Source: Methylophilaceae bacterium
GTDB lineage: Bacteria > Pseudomonadota > Gammaproteobacteria > Burkholderiales > Methylophilaceae
Direction of reading: 5' to 3'
DNA length: 64,000 nt
Assembly (NCBI GenBank): GCA_965656355.1
Contig: CBFHKG010000003.1
Coordinates: 35,903 to 99,902 of the forward strand
The notes under the pieces were generated by a model that did no database searches, was not told the DNA's origin, and was given only the letters and a program-made list of their open reading frames with translations. Positions within the stretch are counted from its first letter, which is position 1. Each line of letters opens with the position of its first letter. A program made the position numbers and the translations under genes. Below, one piece after another: positions 9,077 through 18,660 of this stretch.

Positions 9077-9739
9077 CTAGTTTTTTGCGTATGTTTTAAC
9101 TCCGTCACTTGTGCCAAGCAATAAAATATTTGCAGGTCGCTTAGCAAATAAACCATTAGTGACGACACCTACAATTTGATTAATCTCAGCTTCCATTTCG
9201 ATGGGATCTTTTATTGTTAATCCGTGCACATCTAAAATGACATTACCATTGTCTGTTGTAAAATCTCTTAGTTGAGGTTGTCCCCCTAATTTAGTCAACT
9301 CTCGGGCGACATAACTTCTTGCCATAGGAAGAACTTCAACAGGTAATGGAAACTTACCTAAGGTCGGTACATATTTGCTTTCATCACAAATACAAATAAA
9401 TGTTTTTGAATTAGCAGCAACAATTTTTTCTCTTGTTAACGCACCACCACCACCTTTTAACATATGCATATGCTCGGTAATTTCATCTGCACCATCAACG
9501 TAAATATCGATATTGTTCACACTATTTAAGTCAAATACCTCGATACCATGACCCTCAAGTCTATCTGCAGTTGATTTACTACTAGCGACAGCCCCTTCGA
9601 TCTTGTTTTTAATTTCGCCAAGTGCATCGATAAAAAAATTGGCCGTCGATCCTGTACCAACGCCAATAATTCCTGATTTGACATGCTCAATTGCTGCATC
9701 CGCAACTTGTTTCTTTAATTGATCCTGTGTTAAAGCCAT
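9077..9739 (-). CDS. rpiA: Ribose-5-phosphate isomerase A
   Basis: Contains '[16 protein letters not shown]', 'DGADE' and '[11 protein letters not shown]'. I prefer the ATG at 9739 (AAGGA upstream; aligns with 'M(A)LTQDQLKK') over the TTG at 9766 used in the ORF track. Confidence 0.9.
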   Translation of the reverse strand: MALTQDQLKKQVADAAIEHVKSGIIGVGTGSTANFFIDALGEIKNKIEGAVASSKSTADRLEGHGIEVFDLNSVNNIDIYVDGADEITEHMHMLKGGGGALTREKIVAANSKTFICICDESKYVPTLGKFPLPVEVLPMARSYVARELTKLGGQPQLRDFTTDNGNVILDVHGLTIKDPIEMEAEINQIVGVVTNGLFAKRPANILLLGTSDGVKTYAKN

Positions 9740-9820
9740 TTTTCGTAAATCCTTTGTTTTAAACAAAAATTATGGTTATATGATACACGTTGAAGCGTTT
9801 ATTGAGTATTACTATAAGTT

Positions 9821-11341
9821 ATGAAAAATAAGTTTAAAGACAGTATTGATAATGCAAATGTTTATGATGCAGCCCTGAGGACACCTCTTGAAAAGCAAAT
9901 AAATTTATCAAAAAGATTCAAAAATAATATTTTATTGAAGCGTGAAGATCTTCAGCCAGTTTTTTCTTTTAAAATTCGTGGCGCTTACAATAAAATGAAA
10001 AATTTAAGCGATGAGAATCTTAAAAATGGGGTGATTGCTTGTTCAGCAGGAAATCATGCTCAAGGTGTTGCGTTGGCGGCAAAAATATTAGAGTGTAAAG
10101 CAACTATAGTGATGCCAAAGACAACACCTACTATAAAAATTAATGCGGTTGAGTCGCATGGGGCGAAAGTAGTCCTTCATGGGGAAACATTTCATGAGTG
10201 TTTTGATCGTGCTTTAGTTATTCAAAAAAAAGAAGGCTCAATATTTGTTCATCCATTTGATGATGAAGAAGTTATTACCGGACAAGGAACGATAGCCAAA
10301 GAAATTTTAGAAGATTACTCTCGTCCAATCGACGCTATTTTTTGTTGTGTGGGAGGTGGGGGTTTAATCTCAGGCATCGCTGCTTATATAAAAGCTGTCA
10401 AACCTGAAATAAAAATAATCGGAGTGGAAGCACAAGGCGCGGACGCGATGACACAATCTTTAAAGGCAAATAAGAGAGTTGTTTTAGATTCAGTAAGTTT
10501 ATTCGCAGAAGGGGCAGCGCTAAAGCAAGTTGGAGAACTTTCCTTTAAGATTTGTCAGCAGTATGTTGATGAGATGATTGTTGTTGACAATGATGAAATA
10601 TGTGCAGCAATCAAAGATGTATTTGAGGATACAAGGTCTATTTTAGAGCCTGCTGGTGCCCTAGCAGTCGCAGGGGTAAAGTCATATATTAAAAAAAATA
10701 ATGTGGACTCAAAAACTTTTGTTGCAACGGCTTCTGGGGCAAATATGAATTTTGATCGTCTGGGTTTTGTATCAGAAAGAGCAGAAATTGGTGAAGAAAG
10801 AGAATCAATTTTTGCAGTCACAATTCCTGAGAAACCAGGCGCTTTTAAAGATTTTTGTAGCTTAATAGGCAAACGTAATATTACCGAATTCAACTATCGA
10901 TACTCAAGTGAATCAAGTGCTAATATTTTTGTTGGTCTTGGGGTACAAAATTTTGATGAGTCTGAGTTATTGATGGAAAAGCTTAAAAAAGCGTCACTTG
11001 ATCCAATTGATTTGACACATAATGAAGTAGCAAAACTTCATTTGAGGCATTTAGTTGGGGGCCATGCTCCAGAAGCTAAAAATGAGGTCATTTATAGATT
11101 TGAATTTCCTGAAAAACCAGGTGCACTATTAAATTTTCTTGAACATATGGGCCATTGGAATATAAGTTTATTTCATTACCGAAACCATGGTTCCGATATT
11201 GGAAGAGTGTTAGTGGGTATGCAGGTTGATAAAGAAAGTAAAGAAGAATTCCTAGAGTTTTTAGAAAAGCTTGGTTATACCTATATTAATGAAACCAATA
11301 ATGAAGCTTATAAAATATTTTTAGGAAAAAATCACTTTTAA
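9821..11341 (+). CDS. ilvA: Biosynthetic threonine ammonia-lyase (threonine dehydratase)
   Basis: 506 aa. PLP-lysine motif 'SFKIRGA', a 'GGGGLISG' loop, and two C-terminal regulatory (ACT-like) repeats. Confidence 0.95.
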   Translation: MKNKFKDSIDNANVYDAALRTPLEKQINLSKRFKNNILLKREDLQPVFSFKIRGAYNKMKNLSDENLKNGVIACSAGNHAQGVALAAKILECKATIVMPKTTPTIKINAVESHGAKVVLHGETFHECFDRALVIQKKEGSIFVHPFDDEEVITGQGTIAKEILEDYSRPIDAIFCCVGGGGLISGIAAYIKAVKPEIKIIGVEAQGADAMTQSLKANKRVVLDSVSLFAEGAALKQVGELSFKICQQYVDEMIVVDNDEICAAIKDVFEDTRSILEPAGALAVAGVKSYIKKNNVDSKTFVATASGANMNFDRLGFVSERAEIGEERESIFAVTIPEKPGAFKDFCSLIGKRNITEFNYRYSSESSANIFVGLGVQNFDESELLMEKLKKASLDPIDLTHNEVAKLHLRHLVGGHAPEAKNEVIYRFEFPEKPGALLNFLEHMGHWNISLFHYRNHGSDIGRVLVGMQVDKESKEEFLEFLEKLGYTYINETNNEAYKIFLGKNHF

Positions 11342-11410
11342 TGATTTTCAGGTTGTTAGATTATTCAGGGTATATATTATTTACAAAATTTACATCAATA
11401 TGAGGAAGTT

Positions 11411-12502
11411 ATGAAATACGTTAAATTATTTTTTTTAGTAATGCTGTTAGCAGGTTGTGGCGAGGCTGACAGAGGAAAGGCATTCATCACATCACAAGAG
11501 GGGGGTATCACTGTCATTGATTTAAATTCAATGGAAGTAGCTGAGCAAATAGATGTAGGTGCAGGCTATCCAAGGGGTATAGGTATTACGGATGACGGTA
11601 AACATTTAATTACAGCCAATAAAGCTGATGCTAACTTATCAAAGATTAATTATGATACGAAGGAAGTAATAAATATTGATGTAGGGATCAACCCTGAATT
11701 TGTTCGAGTGTATAAAAATCAAATATTTGTTTCTACAGAACCTTCTTCAACAGGCAAGCCACCTGCAAAAGGGGAGATGAAACATGAAGAAGATGACGAT
11801 GACGATGATGATAGAACACCAGCAAAAGTTGCCGTTGTTGATTTAGATCAAAATAAAAAAGTAAGAGAGATTACTGCCGGACCTGAAACTGAAGGTATCG
11901 AGTTTAGTGAAGACGGTTCAAAAGTAATAGTGACTAATGAAGCTGATAATACTGTCACTATTCATGATTTTGATTCAGGAGACATCGTAAAGACAGTTGA
12001 TGCTTCAGATTATGGTCTAAGACCCAGAGGAATAAAAATTTCACCCAATGGTCAATTTTATATTGCTACTTTAGAACACAGTAACAATTTTATCGTCTTA
12101 GATAAGAATTTTGATTACATTAAAACGGTTGATACTCAACATGATGTTGATGAAGGTGATATGCACACGGGTAATTCACCCTACGGTGTAAGCTTTAATC
12201 ATAGTGGCGATAAGTTATATGTTGCTGCAAGTGGCGGTTATAAAAAAAGAAGTACTTTAGAGGTTTATGACGGCAAGACATTTGAGAAGATTGATAGAGT
12301 GAGAACCGATGGTAGAAGATGTTGGCATTTTACATTTACCCCAGATGCTAAAGATATACTGCTAGCTTGCGGAAGGTCTGATGAAGTTTTAGTTATTGAT
12401 TCAGAAAGCCTAAAAATTAAAAAAAGAATTCCGGTGGCTGGTATCCCATGGGGAATAGTGACTTATCCAAAATCAATTGGAAGTTTAGATCAACCTAATT
12501 AA
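11411..12502 (+). CDS. Lipoprotein with YVTN/YncE-type beta-propeller repeats and a poly-Asp insertion
   Basis: 363 aa with the lipobox 'LLAGC'. Repeated 'G..P.GI..s.DGk.l.v.N' blades include 'PRGIGITDDGKHLITAN', 'TEGIEFSEDGSKVIVTNE', 'PRGIKISPNGQFYIA' and 'PYGVSFNHSGDKLYVA'. The insert is 'HEEDDDDDDDR'. Confidence 0.65.
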   Translation: MKYVKLFFLVMLLAGCGEADRGKAFITSQEGGITVIDLNSMEVAEQIDVGAGYPRGIGITDDGKHLITANKADANLSKINYDTKEVINIDVGINPEFVRVYKNQIFVSTEPSSTGKPPAKGEMKHEEDDDDDDDRTPAKVAVVDLDQNKKVREITAGPETEGIEFSEDGSKVIVTNEADNTVTIHDFDSGDIVKTVDASDYGLRPRGIKISPNGQFYIATLEHSNNFIVLDKNFDYIKTVDTQHDVDEGDMHTGNSPYGVSFNHSGDKLYVAASGGYKKRSTLEVYDGKTFEKIDRVRTDGRRCWHFTFTPDAKDILLACGRSDEVLVIDSESLKIKKRIPVAGIPWGIVTYPKSIGSLDQPN

Positions 12503-12962
12503 TTTGGTTATTTATAAATTCCCATTCATTTTCTAATACAGGGGTAATCGAAAGCCGATTACCCTTTCTTAGTATCAACATACTTTCAAGTTCAGAAAAT
12601 TCTCTTAATTGCTTAAGCTCAATAAGAGGAATTTTTTTTACTAAAGTAACATCTACATTTAACCATCTTGGTTTATCCATCGACGATTTAGGGTCAAAAT
12701 ATTTGTGCCCTTCAATAAATTGAAGAGGATCAGGATAAGCAAGTTTAGAGATTTCCATTATTCCAACTATGCCTGGGGTATCACAATTTGATTGGTAAAA
12801 AAAGGCAAGGTCACCTAAAGACATATCATCTCTCATGAAATTTCTAGCCTGATAGTTTCTTATCCCTTTCGTAGGAATCCACTTGACTGTCTGTTGCGGA
12901 CTTTTTTCTAAATCTTCTATAGTAAAAACTGAAGGTTCTGATTTCATTAACCAGTAGCGCAT
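12495..12962 (-). CDS. EVE (PUA-like) domain protein
   Basis: 155 aa with the typical N-terminus 'MRYWLMKSEPSVFTIEDL', plus 'GIRNYQARNFMRD.M..GDLAFFYQSN'. Confidence 0.8.
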   Translation of the reverse strand: MRYWLMKSEPSVFTIEDLEKSPQQTVKWIPTKGIRNYQARNFMRDDMSLGDLAFFYQSNCDTPGIVGIMEISKLAYPDPLQFIEGHKYFDPKSSMDKPRWLNVDVTLVKKIPLIELKQLREFSELESMLILRKGNRLSITPVLENEWEFINNQIN

Positions 12963-13027
12963 ACTAAGTTGTTCCTTAATTATTAATTTCTTGTTATCGT
13001 TACTTAGATTTTAATACAAGAGATAAA

Positions 13028-13393
13028 ATGATGGTAAAAAAAAATGTTTTGGGTAAAAAATTAGAGGTTTGTAGTTTAGAACCACTGACGGGGTATTTTA
13101 GAGATGGGAGTTGTTCTCACTGTGAGACTGATAGCGGACAACATACTCTATGTGCCGAGATGACTGACGAGTTTTTACAATTCTCAAAAGAAAAAGGAAA
13201 TGACTTAACAACCCCTAGACCCGAATTTAATTTTCCTGGCTTAAAAGCAGGAGATAGATGGTGTTTATGTGCAAGTAGATGGCTTGAATCTGCTGATGCA
13301 GGCAGTGCTCCAGCGGTTATCCTTGAAGCCACTAACGAGAGAGCCCTAGATGTAATTGAGAAAAGTGACTTAAAATATTATGCGAAGTTATGA
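13028..13393 (+). CDS. DUF2237-family protein
   Basis: 121 aa. 'LEPLTGYFRDGSC......GQHTLCAEMTDEFLQFSK..GNDL' and 'GDRWCLCASRW' are characteristic of DUF2237. Confidence 0.75.
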   Translation: MMVKKNVLGKKLEVCSLEPLTGYFRDGSCSHCETDSGQHTLCAEMTDEFLQFSKEKGNDLTTPRPEFNFPGLKAGDRWCLCASRWLESADAGSAPAVILEATNERALDVIEKSDLKYYAKL

Positions 13394-13400
13394 ATTTTTT

Positions 13401-13580
13401 GATGCTGCCTAGATTAGCATCCAGAACCAAGGGTTCAGGTGGTAATAGACTAAGAAGCTTTAGGTTCACACGCCAAGAGCCCTTAAAAGGTAACCCAATC
13501 GTGTGTGATCACACCACATTCTGATTGACTAAAACCGATGCTATAGACTAGTTCAAGGAATAAATAATCTAAGCAACATC
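13401..13580 (-). ncRNA. ssrS: 6S RNA
   Basis: A roughly 180-nt non-coding stretch lies immediately downstream of zapA on the same strand, which is the conserved position. The 5' arm GAUGUUGCUUAGAUU pairs with the 3' arm AAUCUAGGCAGCAUC to form the long closing stem, with G-U wobbles. The interior is compatible with a central bubble. Confidence 0.8.
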
Positions 13581-13597
13581 AAAAAAAATTAAAAGCT

Positions 13598-13882
13598 TTA
13601 ACTTTCTAGTGCTTGATCAACTATTGAAGTTAAATTCGATATCTTTTTTTTATAATCCACAATATGGACGCTTGAAGTTACATCATGGTTCAAAAATTCA
13701 TGTGTAATATTTAAAGCAGCCATAATAATAGTTTTATCTACACCAATAATATTGCCAGATTTTTGAACTTCATCAATTTTATTAGCTAAATAATTAATTG
13801 ATTTCTGAAGATTAGCTTCCTCTTCTTCTGGGCATGCAATCGTAAAATCTCGACCTAATAATTTGATTTCGACCTGTTTCAT
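13598..13882 (-). CDS. zapA: Cell division protein ZapA
   Basis: 94 aa. 'VEIKLLGRDFTIACPEEEEANLQKSINYLANKI' has the ZapA pattern, and the synteny with 6S RNA fits. Confidence 0.8.
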   Translation of the reverse strand: MKQVEIKLLGRDFTIACPEEEEANLQKSINYLANKIDEVQKSGNIIGVDKTIIMAALNITHEFLNHDVTSSVHIVDYKKKISNLTSIVDQALES

Positions 13883-13884
13883 AA

Positions 13885-14076
13885 TTAGCTTGGGAGTTGC
13901 CCAAGAAGATTTTCAATTTTCATAGTAGCTTCGTTAATTTTGGATTTTAAAATTCTGTTTTCCTCCTGTAACTTTTCTACAGAAGGCTTGATTTCGTTAT
14001 TTTCATGCCTAAGTGAGCTGACTGCATTGACTAATTCAGTTAACTTAGCCTCAAGTGCTTTAATTTCTTCATCCAT
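13885..14076 (-). CDS. Small coiled-coil protein, ZapB-like (TIGR02449-type)
   Basis: 63 aa, all heptad-like ('LEAKLTELVNAVSSLRHENNEI...LQEENRILKSKI'). It lies directly upstream of zapA. Confidence 0.55.
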   Translation of the reverse strand: MDEEIKALEAKLTELVNAVSSLRHENNEIKPSVEKLQEENRILKSKINEATMKIENLLGQLPS

Positions 14077-14123
14077 CTTTTAACTATAATTTAATTCATA
14101 AAAGCTATCAATGAAAACTTCGG

Positions 14124-15017
14124 TCACTTTTTATTTTTTTTTGCACGTGGGTGTGCTTTGTCATAAGTTTTTGCTAAATGCTGAAAGTCTAAGTGAGTAT
14201 AAATCTGCGTTGAACTAATATTTTCGTGACCTAATAACTCCTGAACAGCTCTTAAATCTTGGCTTGATTGTAATAAATGTGAGGCAAAACTATGTCGAAG
14301 TAAATGTGGATGAATATTTTCAGATATTCCCTGTTTTTTTGCCCAAAATTTTAAACGATATTGAACTGCCCTTTGTGTGAGCTGTTTTGTTTGGTTAGTT
14401 AAAAAAAGAACTGAATTATTAGCTACGTTTTTAAGTTGAGATCTACTTTTAATCCATTTTCTGAGAGCTTGAATGGCTTCTTTACCTATAGGGACAATAC
14501 GCATCTTCTTACCTTTCCCTAAAACCGAAATAATCTCATCTGAAAAATTTATATCTTCTATCTTTAAGTTAACCAATTCAGATAGCCTTAACCCTGAAGA
14601 ATAAAACAGCTCTAAAATGGCATGATCTCTCAAAGAAATAAAATCATCTCCAGCAATATTGACTAACTTTATAGTTTGATCGACAGAAAGTGTTTGCGGT
14701 AATTTTTTACTTTTTTTAGGCGCTTTAATTTCCAAAACGGGATTATGTTTAAAATGATGTTGATCAACTAGGAAAACAAATAGACCTTTCCAGGATGATA
14801 GAATTCTTGATAATGAATTACTACTGAGACCTCTTGCATTAAGTGATGCAATGCTATTTCTAATATTATTGGATTTTAATTCTCCAAGTGATATGCCTTT
14901 ATTATGTTGAATCAACATATCGATATCTCTAAAGTAGTTTTTAACTGTATGGTCGCTTAATCTTCTTTCGAATGATATGAAGTCTTTATAGGCTTGAAGA
15001 TGTTTTATATCGTTCAT
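14124..15017 (-). CDS. xerC: Tyrosine recombinase XerC
   Basis: 297 aa. Catalytic signature 'GLRLSEL', 'HPHLLRHSFASHLL' and 'LGHENISSTQIYTH'. It lies directly downstream of dapF (classical dapF-xerC synteny). Confidence 0.85.
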   Translation of the reverse strand: MNDIKHLQAYKDFISFERRLSDHTVKNYFRDIDMLIQHNKGISLGELKSNNIRNSIASLNARGLSSNSLSRILSSWKGLFVFLVDQHHFKHNPVLEIKAPKKSKKLPQTLSVDQTIKLVNIAGDDFISLRDHAILELFYSSGLRLSELVNLKIEDINFSDEIISVLGKGKKMRIVPIGKEAIQALRKWIKSRSQLKNVANNSVLFLTNQTKQLTQRAVQYRLKFWAKKQGISENIHPHLLRHSFASHLLQSSQDLRAVQELLGHENISSTQIYTHLDFQHLAKTYDKAHPRAKKNKK

Positions 15018-15029
15018 TATCTTATAAAA

Positions 15030-15815
15030 TTAAGCATATGCATTAAGATTCACTTCTCCTTCGAAACTGATTTCAGCTGACCCACTTAAAGTCATCGTAT
15101 TTTTCATGTCCCAATCTATCTGAACAACGCCGCCATCCATGTTTACAGTGATAGGCGTCTTTAATTTATTTTTTGAAATAGCCACCCCGGCAGCAGCACA
15201 AGCTCCAGATCCACAGGCCATAGTAAAGCCACTTCCTCTTTCGAAGACTTTAAGTTGAATTGTATTTTTATCGATAATGGACATAAAGCCTACATTAATT
15301 CCATCCTTCCAAGTGCTTTGGATATCAAGAGCGACATTTTGATAATTTTCTTTTGAAATATTGTTGTCTGCTAAATTTATGACTGCATGGGGATTACCAA
15401 TTAAGACATGATCATAATTTACTTCTTGTCTATTAATTGTTGCTCTGATATCAGGAAATCCCATATCAACTTTAACCAAACCTTCATCATCTTCTGAAAG
15501 TGATATGATGCCTGACAGCGTTTCAACTTTTATTGTTAAATTATCAGATAATCCGTAATTTTTTATATATTTATAAAAACAACGCGCACCATTGCCACAT
15601 TGCTCAACCTCACCTCCATCAGCATTAAAGATACGATATTTGAAATCAGCATTGTGGGAATCACTTTTTTCAATTATGAGTAGTTGATCAAATCCGATAC
15701 CAAAGTTTCTGTCAGATAGTTTTCTAATTAATGACTTTGATAAATTAAATTTGCTATCTCTTTGGTCAACAACTATAAAGTCATTTCCTGTGCCTTGCAT
15801 TTTTGTAAATTTCAT
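15030..15815 (-). CDS. dapF: Diaminopimelate epimerase
   Basis: 261 aa. 'KMQGTGNDF' plus the two catalytic Cys motifs 'QCGNGARC' and 'ACGSGACA'. Confidence 0.93.
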   Translation of the reverse strand: MKFTKMQGTGNDFIVVDQRDSKFNLSKSLIRKLSDRNFGIGFDQLLIIEKSDSHNADFKYRIFNADGGEVEQCGNGARCFYKYIKNYGLSDNLTIKVETLSGIISLSEDDEGLVKVDMGFPDIRATINRQEVNYDHVLIGNPHAVINLADNNISKENYQNVALDIQSTWKDGINVGFMSIIDKNTIQLKVFERGSGFTMACGSGACAAAGVAISKNKLKTPITVNMDGGVVQIDWDMKNTMTLSGSAEISFEGEVNLNAYA

Positions 15816-15883
15816 TGGTATCTTTTTGACAGTCTTTTTGATATTCTAGCTCTTTTTAAAGTTTTACTACAAAAATTATCTCT

Positions 15884-17029
15884 ATGAAAAATTATCTTTT
15901 TACATCTGAATCTGTTTCGGAAGGTCATCCTGATAAAGTTGCAGATTTAATATCTGATGCTATTTTAGATGCCATTTTAGAACAAGATCCTGGCGCTAGA
16001 GTCGCAGCAGAAACTCTAACAAGTACAAATTTGGTTGTACTTGGCGGAGAAATTACAACAACAGCAAAAGTCGATTACGAGCAAGTTGTTAGAGATACCC
16101 TTGAATTCATTGGGTATGACAATATTGACTATGGAATTGATTATAAAACTTGTGAAGTACAAATAAAGTATGGCATTCAATCGCCTGATATTGCGCAAGG
16201 TGTGGACGGAGCTTTTGATGATCCATTAGATCAAGGTGCTGGCGATCAAGGTTTGATGTTTGGTTTTGCAAGCAATGAGTCTGATCAGTTTATGCCACTG
16301 CCCATTCATCTTGCACATCGCTTAGTAGAGAGACAGTCATTTATAAGAAAAAAAGGTATTTTAAATTGGTTAAGACCGGATGCTAAGTCACAAGTGACGA
16401 TGCAATATAAAGATGGGATTCCGGAGAAAATAGATACGATCGTGCTATCAACACAACACTCACCAGAAATTTCACTAAAGGACTTAAGGGAAGCAGTAAT
16501 TGAAGAAATTATAAAACCAGTACTTCCTAAAGGTCTTATCAAGGGAGAAATTAACTATTTAATTAACCCTACAGGTAGATTTGTTATTGGCGGACCTCAG
16601 GGTGATTGCGGACTGACGGGAAGAAAAATTATAGTTGATACTTATGGAGGTGCTGCGCCGCATGGTGGAGGTGCATTTTCAGGAAAAGATCCAACAAAAG
16701 TTGATCGATCAGCAGCATATGCTGCAAGATATGTTGCAAAAAATATCGTTGCTGCAGGCTTAGCTGATAAATGTTTAGTGCAAGTTTCATATGCGATTGG
16801 TGTTGCTAAACCAACATCAATCATGGTCGATAGCTTTGGTACTGCAAAATTATCTGACGAAGAACTTTCAAAAATTGTCATGGAAAATTTTGATCTTAGA
16901 CCAAAAGGTATTGTAAATATGCTTGACCTTTTAAGGCCTATATATAGAAAAACGGCCGCTTATGGCCATTTTGGCAGAACAGAACCTGAATTTTCATGGG
17001 AAAAGATCGATAAAAAAGATTTAACCTAA
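15884..17029 (+). CDS. metK: S-adenosylmethionine synthase
   Basis: 381 aa. Contains 'SEGHPDK', '[10 protein letters not shown]' and '[16 protein letters not shown]'. Confidence 0.97.
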   Translation: MKNYLFTSESVSEGHPDKVADLISDAILDAILEQDPGARVAAETLTSTNLVVLGGEITTTAKVDYEQVVRDTLEFIGYDNIDYGIDYKTCEVQIKYGIQSPDIAQGVDGAFDDPLDQGAGDQGLMFGFASNESDQFMPLPIHLAHRLVERQSFIRKKGILNWLRPDAKSQVTMQYKDGIPEKIDTIVLSTQHSPEISLKDLREAVIEEIIKPVLPKGLIKGEINYLINPTGRFVIGGPQGDCGLTGRKIIVDTYGGAAPHGGGAFSGKDPTKVDRSAAYAARYVAKNIVAAGLADKCLVQVSYAIGVAKPTSIMVDSFGTAKLSDEELSKIVMENFDLRPKGIVNMLDLLRPIYRKTAAYGHFGRTEPEFSWEKIDKKDLT

Positions 17030-17037
17030 ATTAAAAA

Positions 17038-17076
17038 TAATTCATAAGCCCTTGATTTAGTGCTAATTATGAATTA
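17038..17076. other. Perfect 10-bp inverted repeat TAATTCATAA-N19-TTATGAATTA just after metK
   Basis: Read directly (17038-17047 versus 17067-17076). The stem is AT-only and no U-tract follows, so it is a weak terminator or a protein-binding site. Confidence 0.25.
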
Positions 17077-17087
17077 ATATCCCATTT

Positions 17088-17158
17088 CCAAGGAACGTTG
17101 CGAGATTATTCAATCCCAGGCTTGGATTACAAATGATAAATTTGTAACGACGTTCACC
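17088..17158 (+). promoter_or_regulatory. SAH (S-adenosylhomocysteine) riboswitch
   Basis: 'CCAAGGAACGUUGCGAG...CCCAGGCUUGGA...AACGACGUUCACC' matches the SAH-element consensus 'CCGAGGAGCGCUGC...CAGGCUCGGA...AACGGCGCUCACC', with compensatory changes in both stems. It lies upstream of ahcY-metF, which is the classical context. Confidence 0.8.
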
Positions 17159-17235
17159 ATTTACCGTACCAGAACGGGATAATAGGTGAACAAAATCCCT
17201 AACTGGTCACAATTATTTATTTAAAGGAAAATAAA

Positions 17236-18651
17236 ATGAATACAGTGACTGAAGCTAAAACAAAAGATTACGTAATATCAGATATTAAGCTAGCTAAGTT
17301 TGGTAGGCAAGAAATTGCAATTGCTGAAACAGAAATGCCAGGCTTAACAGCGATTAGGGACGAATATGCGGCAAGCCAGCCTTTAAAAGGTGCGCTAATT
17401 AGTGGTTCCTTACACATGACAATTCAAACAGCTGTTCTTATTGAGACGCTTGTTGCATTGGGTGCAGAAGTTAGATGGGCATCATGCAACATATACTCAA
17501 CTCAAGATCATGCTGCGGCTGCGATTGCAGAGGGTGGAACGCCTGTTTTTGCCTTTAAGGGTGAGAGTCTTGATGAGTACTGGGAATTTACACATCGCAT
17601 TTTTGAATGGGAAAGTGGAAAATTTTCTAATATGATTTTAGATGATGGTGGTGATGCTACTCTTCTGCTTCATTTGGGGGTAAAGGCTGAAAAAGATATT
17701 TCAGTGCTAAATAATCCAACCTCTGAAGAGGAAATATGTTTATTCTCAGCGATAAAAGGAAAATTAAAAACAAATCCTACATGGTATTCAGAAAGAATTG
17801 GCCATATTAAAGGAGTTACTGAGGAAACTACAACAGGAGTCATGAGGCTCTATCAAATGTTCCGGGATGATGAATTAAGTTTTCCCGCAATCAATGTAAA
17901 TGACTCAGTTACTAAATCGAAATTTGATAATCTTTATGGCTGTCGTGAATCATTAGTTGATGCAATTAAAAGAGCCACTGACGTTATGGTAGCAGGAAAA
18001 ATTGCAGTCGTTGCTGGTTATGGGGATGTTGGTAAGGGTTCTGCCCAAGCGCTAAGGGCACTATCTGCACAAGTATGGGTAACAGAAATTGACCCTATTT
18101 GTGCATTACAAGCAGCAATGGAAGGATATCGAGTTGTTACCATGGATTACGCTGCTGAACATGCAGATATTTTTGTGAGTGCAACAGGAAATTATCATGT
18201 GATCACACATGAGCATATGAAAAAAATGAAAGATCAAGCTATTGTTTGTAATATTGGACACTTTGATAACGAGATTGACGTTGATGCACTATCAAATTAT
18301 GAGTGGGAGGAAATTAAGCCACAAGTTGACCACATTATTTTCCCAGATAAAAAAAGAATAATTCTCCTTGCTCAAGGTCGATTAGTTAACCTAGGTTGTG
18401 GAACAGGTCACCCAAGTTATGTTATGGGTTCATCGTTTGCAAATCAAACTATTGCTCAGATTGAATTATTTACTCAGCCAGAAAAATATCCTCTGGGTGT
18501 TTATACATTACCTAAGCATTTAGATGAAAAAGTAGCGGTTCTTCAATTAAAAAACTTAAATGCTGAGTTAACAAAGTTGACTCCTGAACAAGCAAAGTAC
18601 ATTGATGTTGATGTAACAGGTCCTTTTAAGCCAGATACTTATCGTTATTAG
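17236..18651 (+). CDS. ahcY: Adenosylhomocysteinase
   Basis: 471 aa. NAD motif '[10 protein letters not shown]', plus '[10 protein letters not shown]' and '[14 protein letters not shown]'. Confidence 0.97.
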   Translation: MNTVTEAKTKDYVISDIKLAKFGRQEIAIAETEMPGLTAIRDEYAASQPLKGALISGSLHMTIQTAVLIETLVALGAEVRWASCNIYSTQDHAAAAIAEGGTPVFAFKGESLDEYWEFTHRIFEWESGKFSNMILDDGGDATLLLHLGVKAEKDISVLNNPTSEEEICLFSAIKGKLKTNPTWYSERIGHIKGVTEETTTGVMRLYQMFRDDELSFPAINVNDSVTKSKFDNLYGCRESLVDAIKRATDVMVAGKIAVVAGYGDVGKGSAQALRALSAQVWVTEIDPICALQAAMEGYRVVTMDYAAEHADIFVSATGNYHVITHEHMKKMKDQAIVCNIGHFDNEIDVDALSNYEWEEIKPQVDHIIFPDKKRIILLAQGRLVNLGCGTGHPSYVMGSSFANQTIAQIELFTQPEKYPLGVYTLPKHLDEKVAVLQLKNLNAELTKLTPEQAKYIDVDVTGPFKPDTYRY

Positions 18652-18660
18652 AATAATTTA

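Noticed and set aside
15816-15883. A SAM riboswitch upstream of metK, a glycine riboswitch upstream of gcvH (62890-62984), and a Moco riboswitch upstream of moaC (44242-44294).
   Set aside because: The spacers are too short (53-95 nt) and lack the conserved cores of these riboswitch classes.
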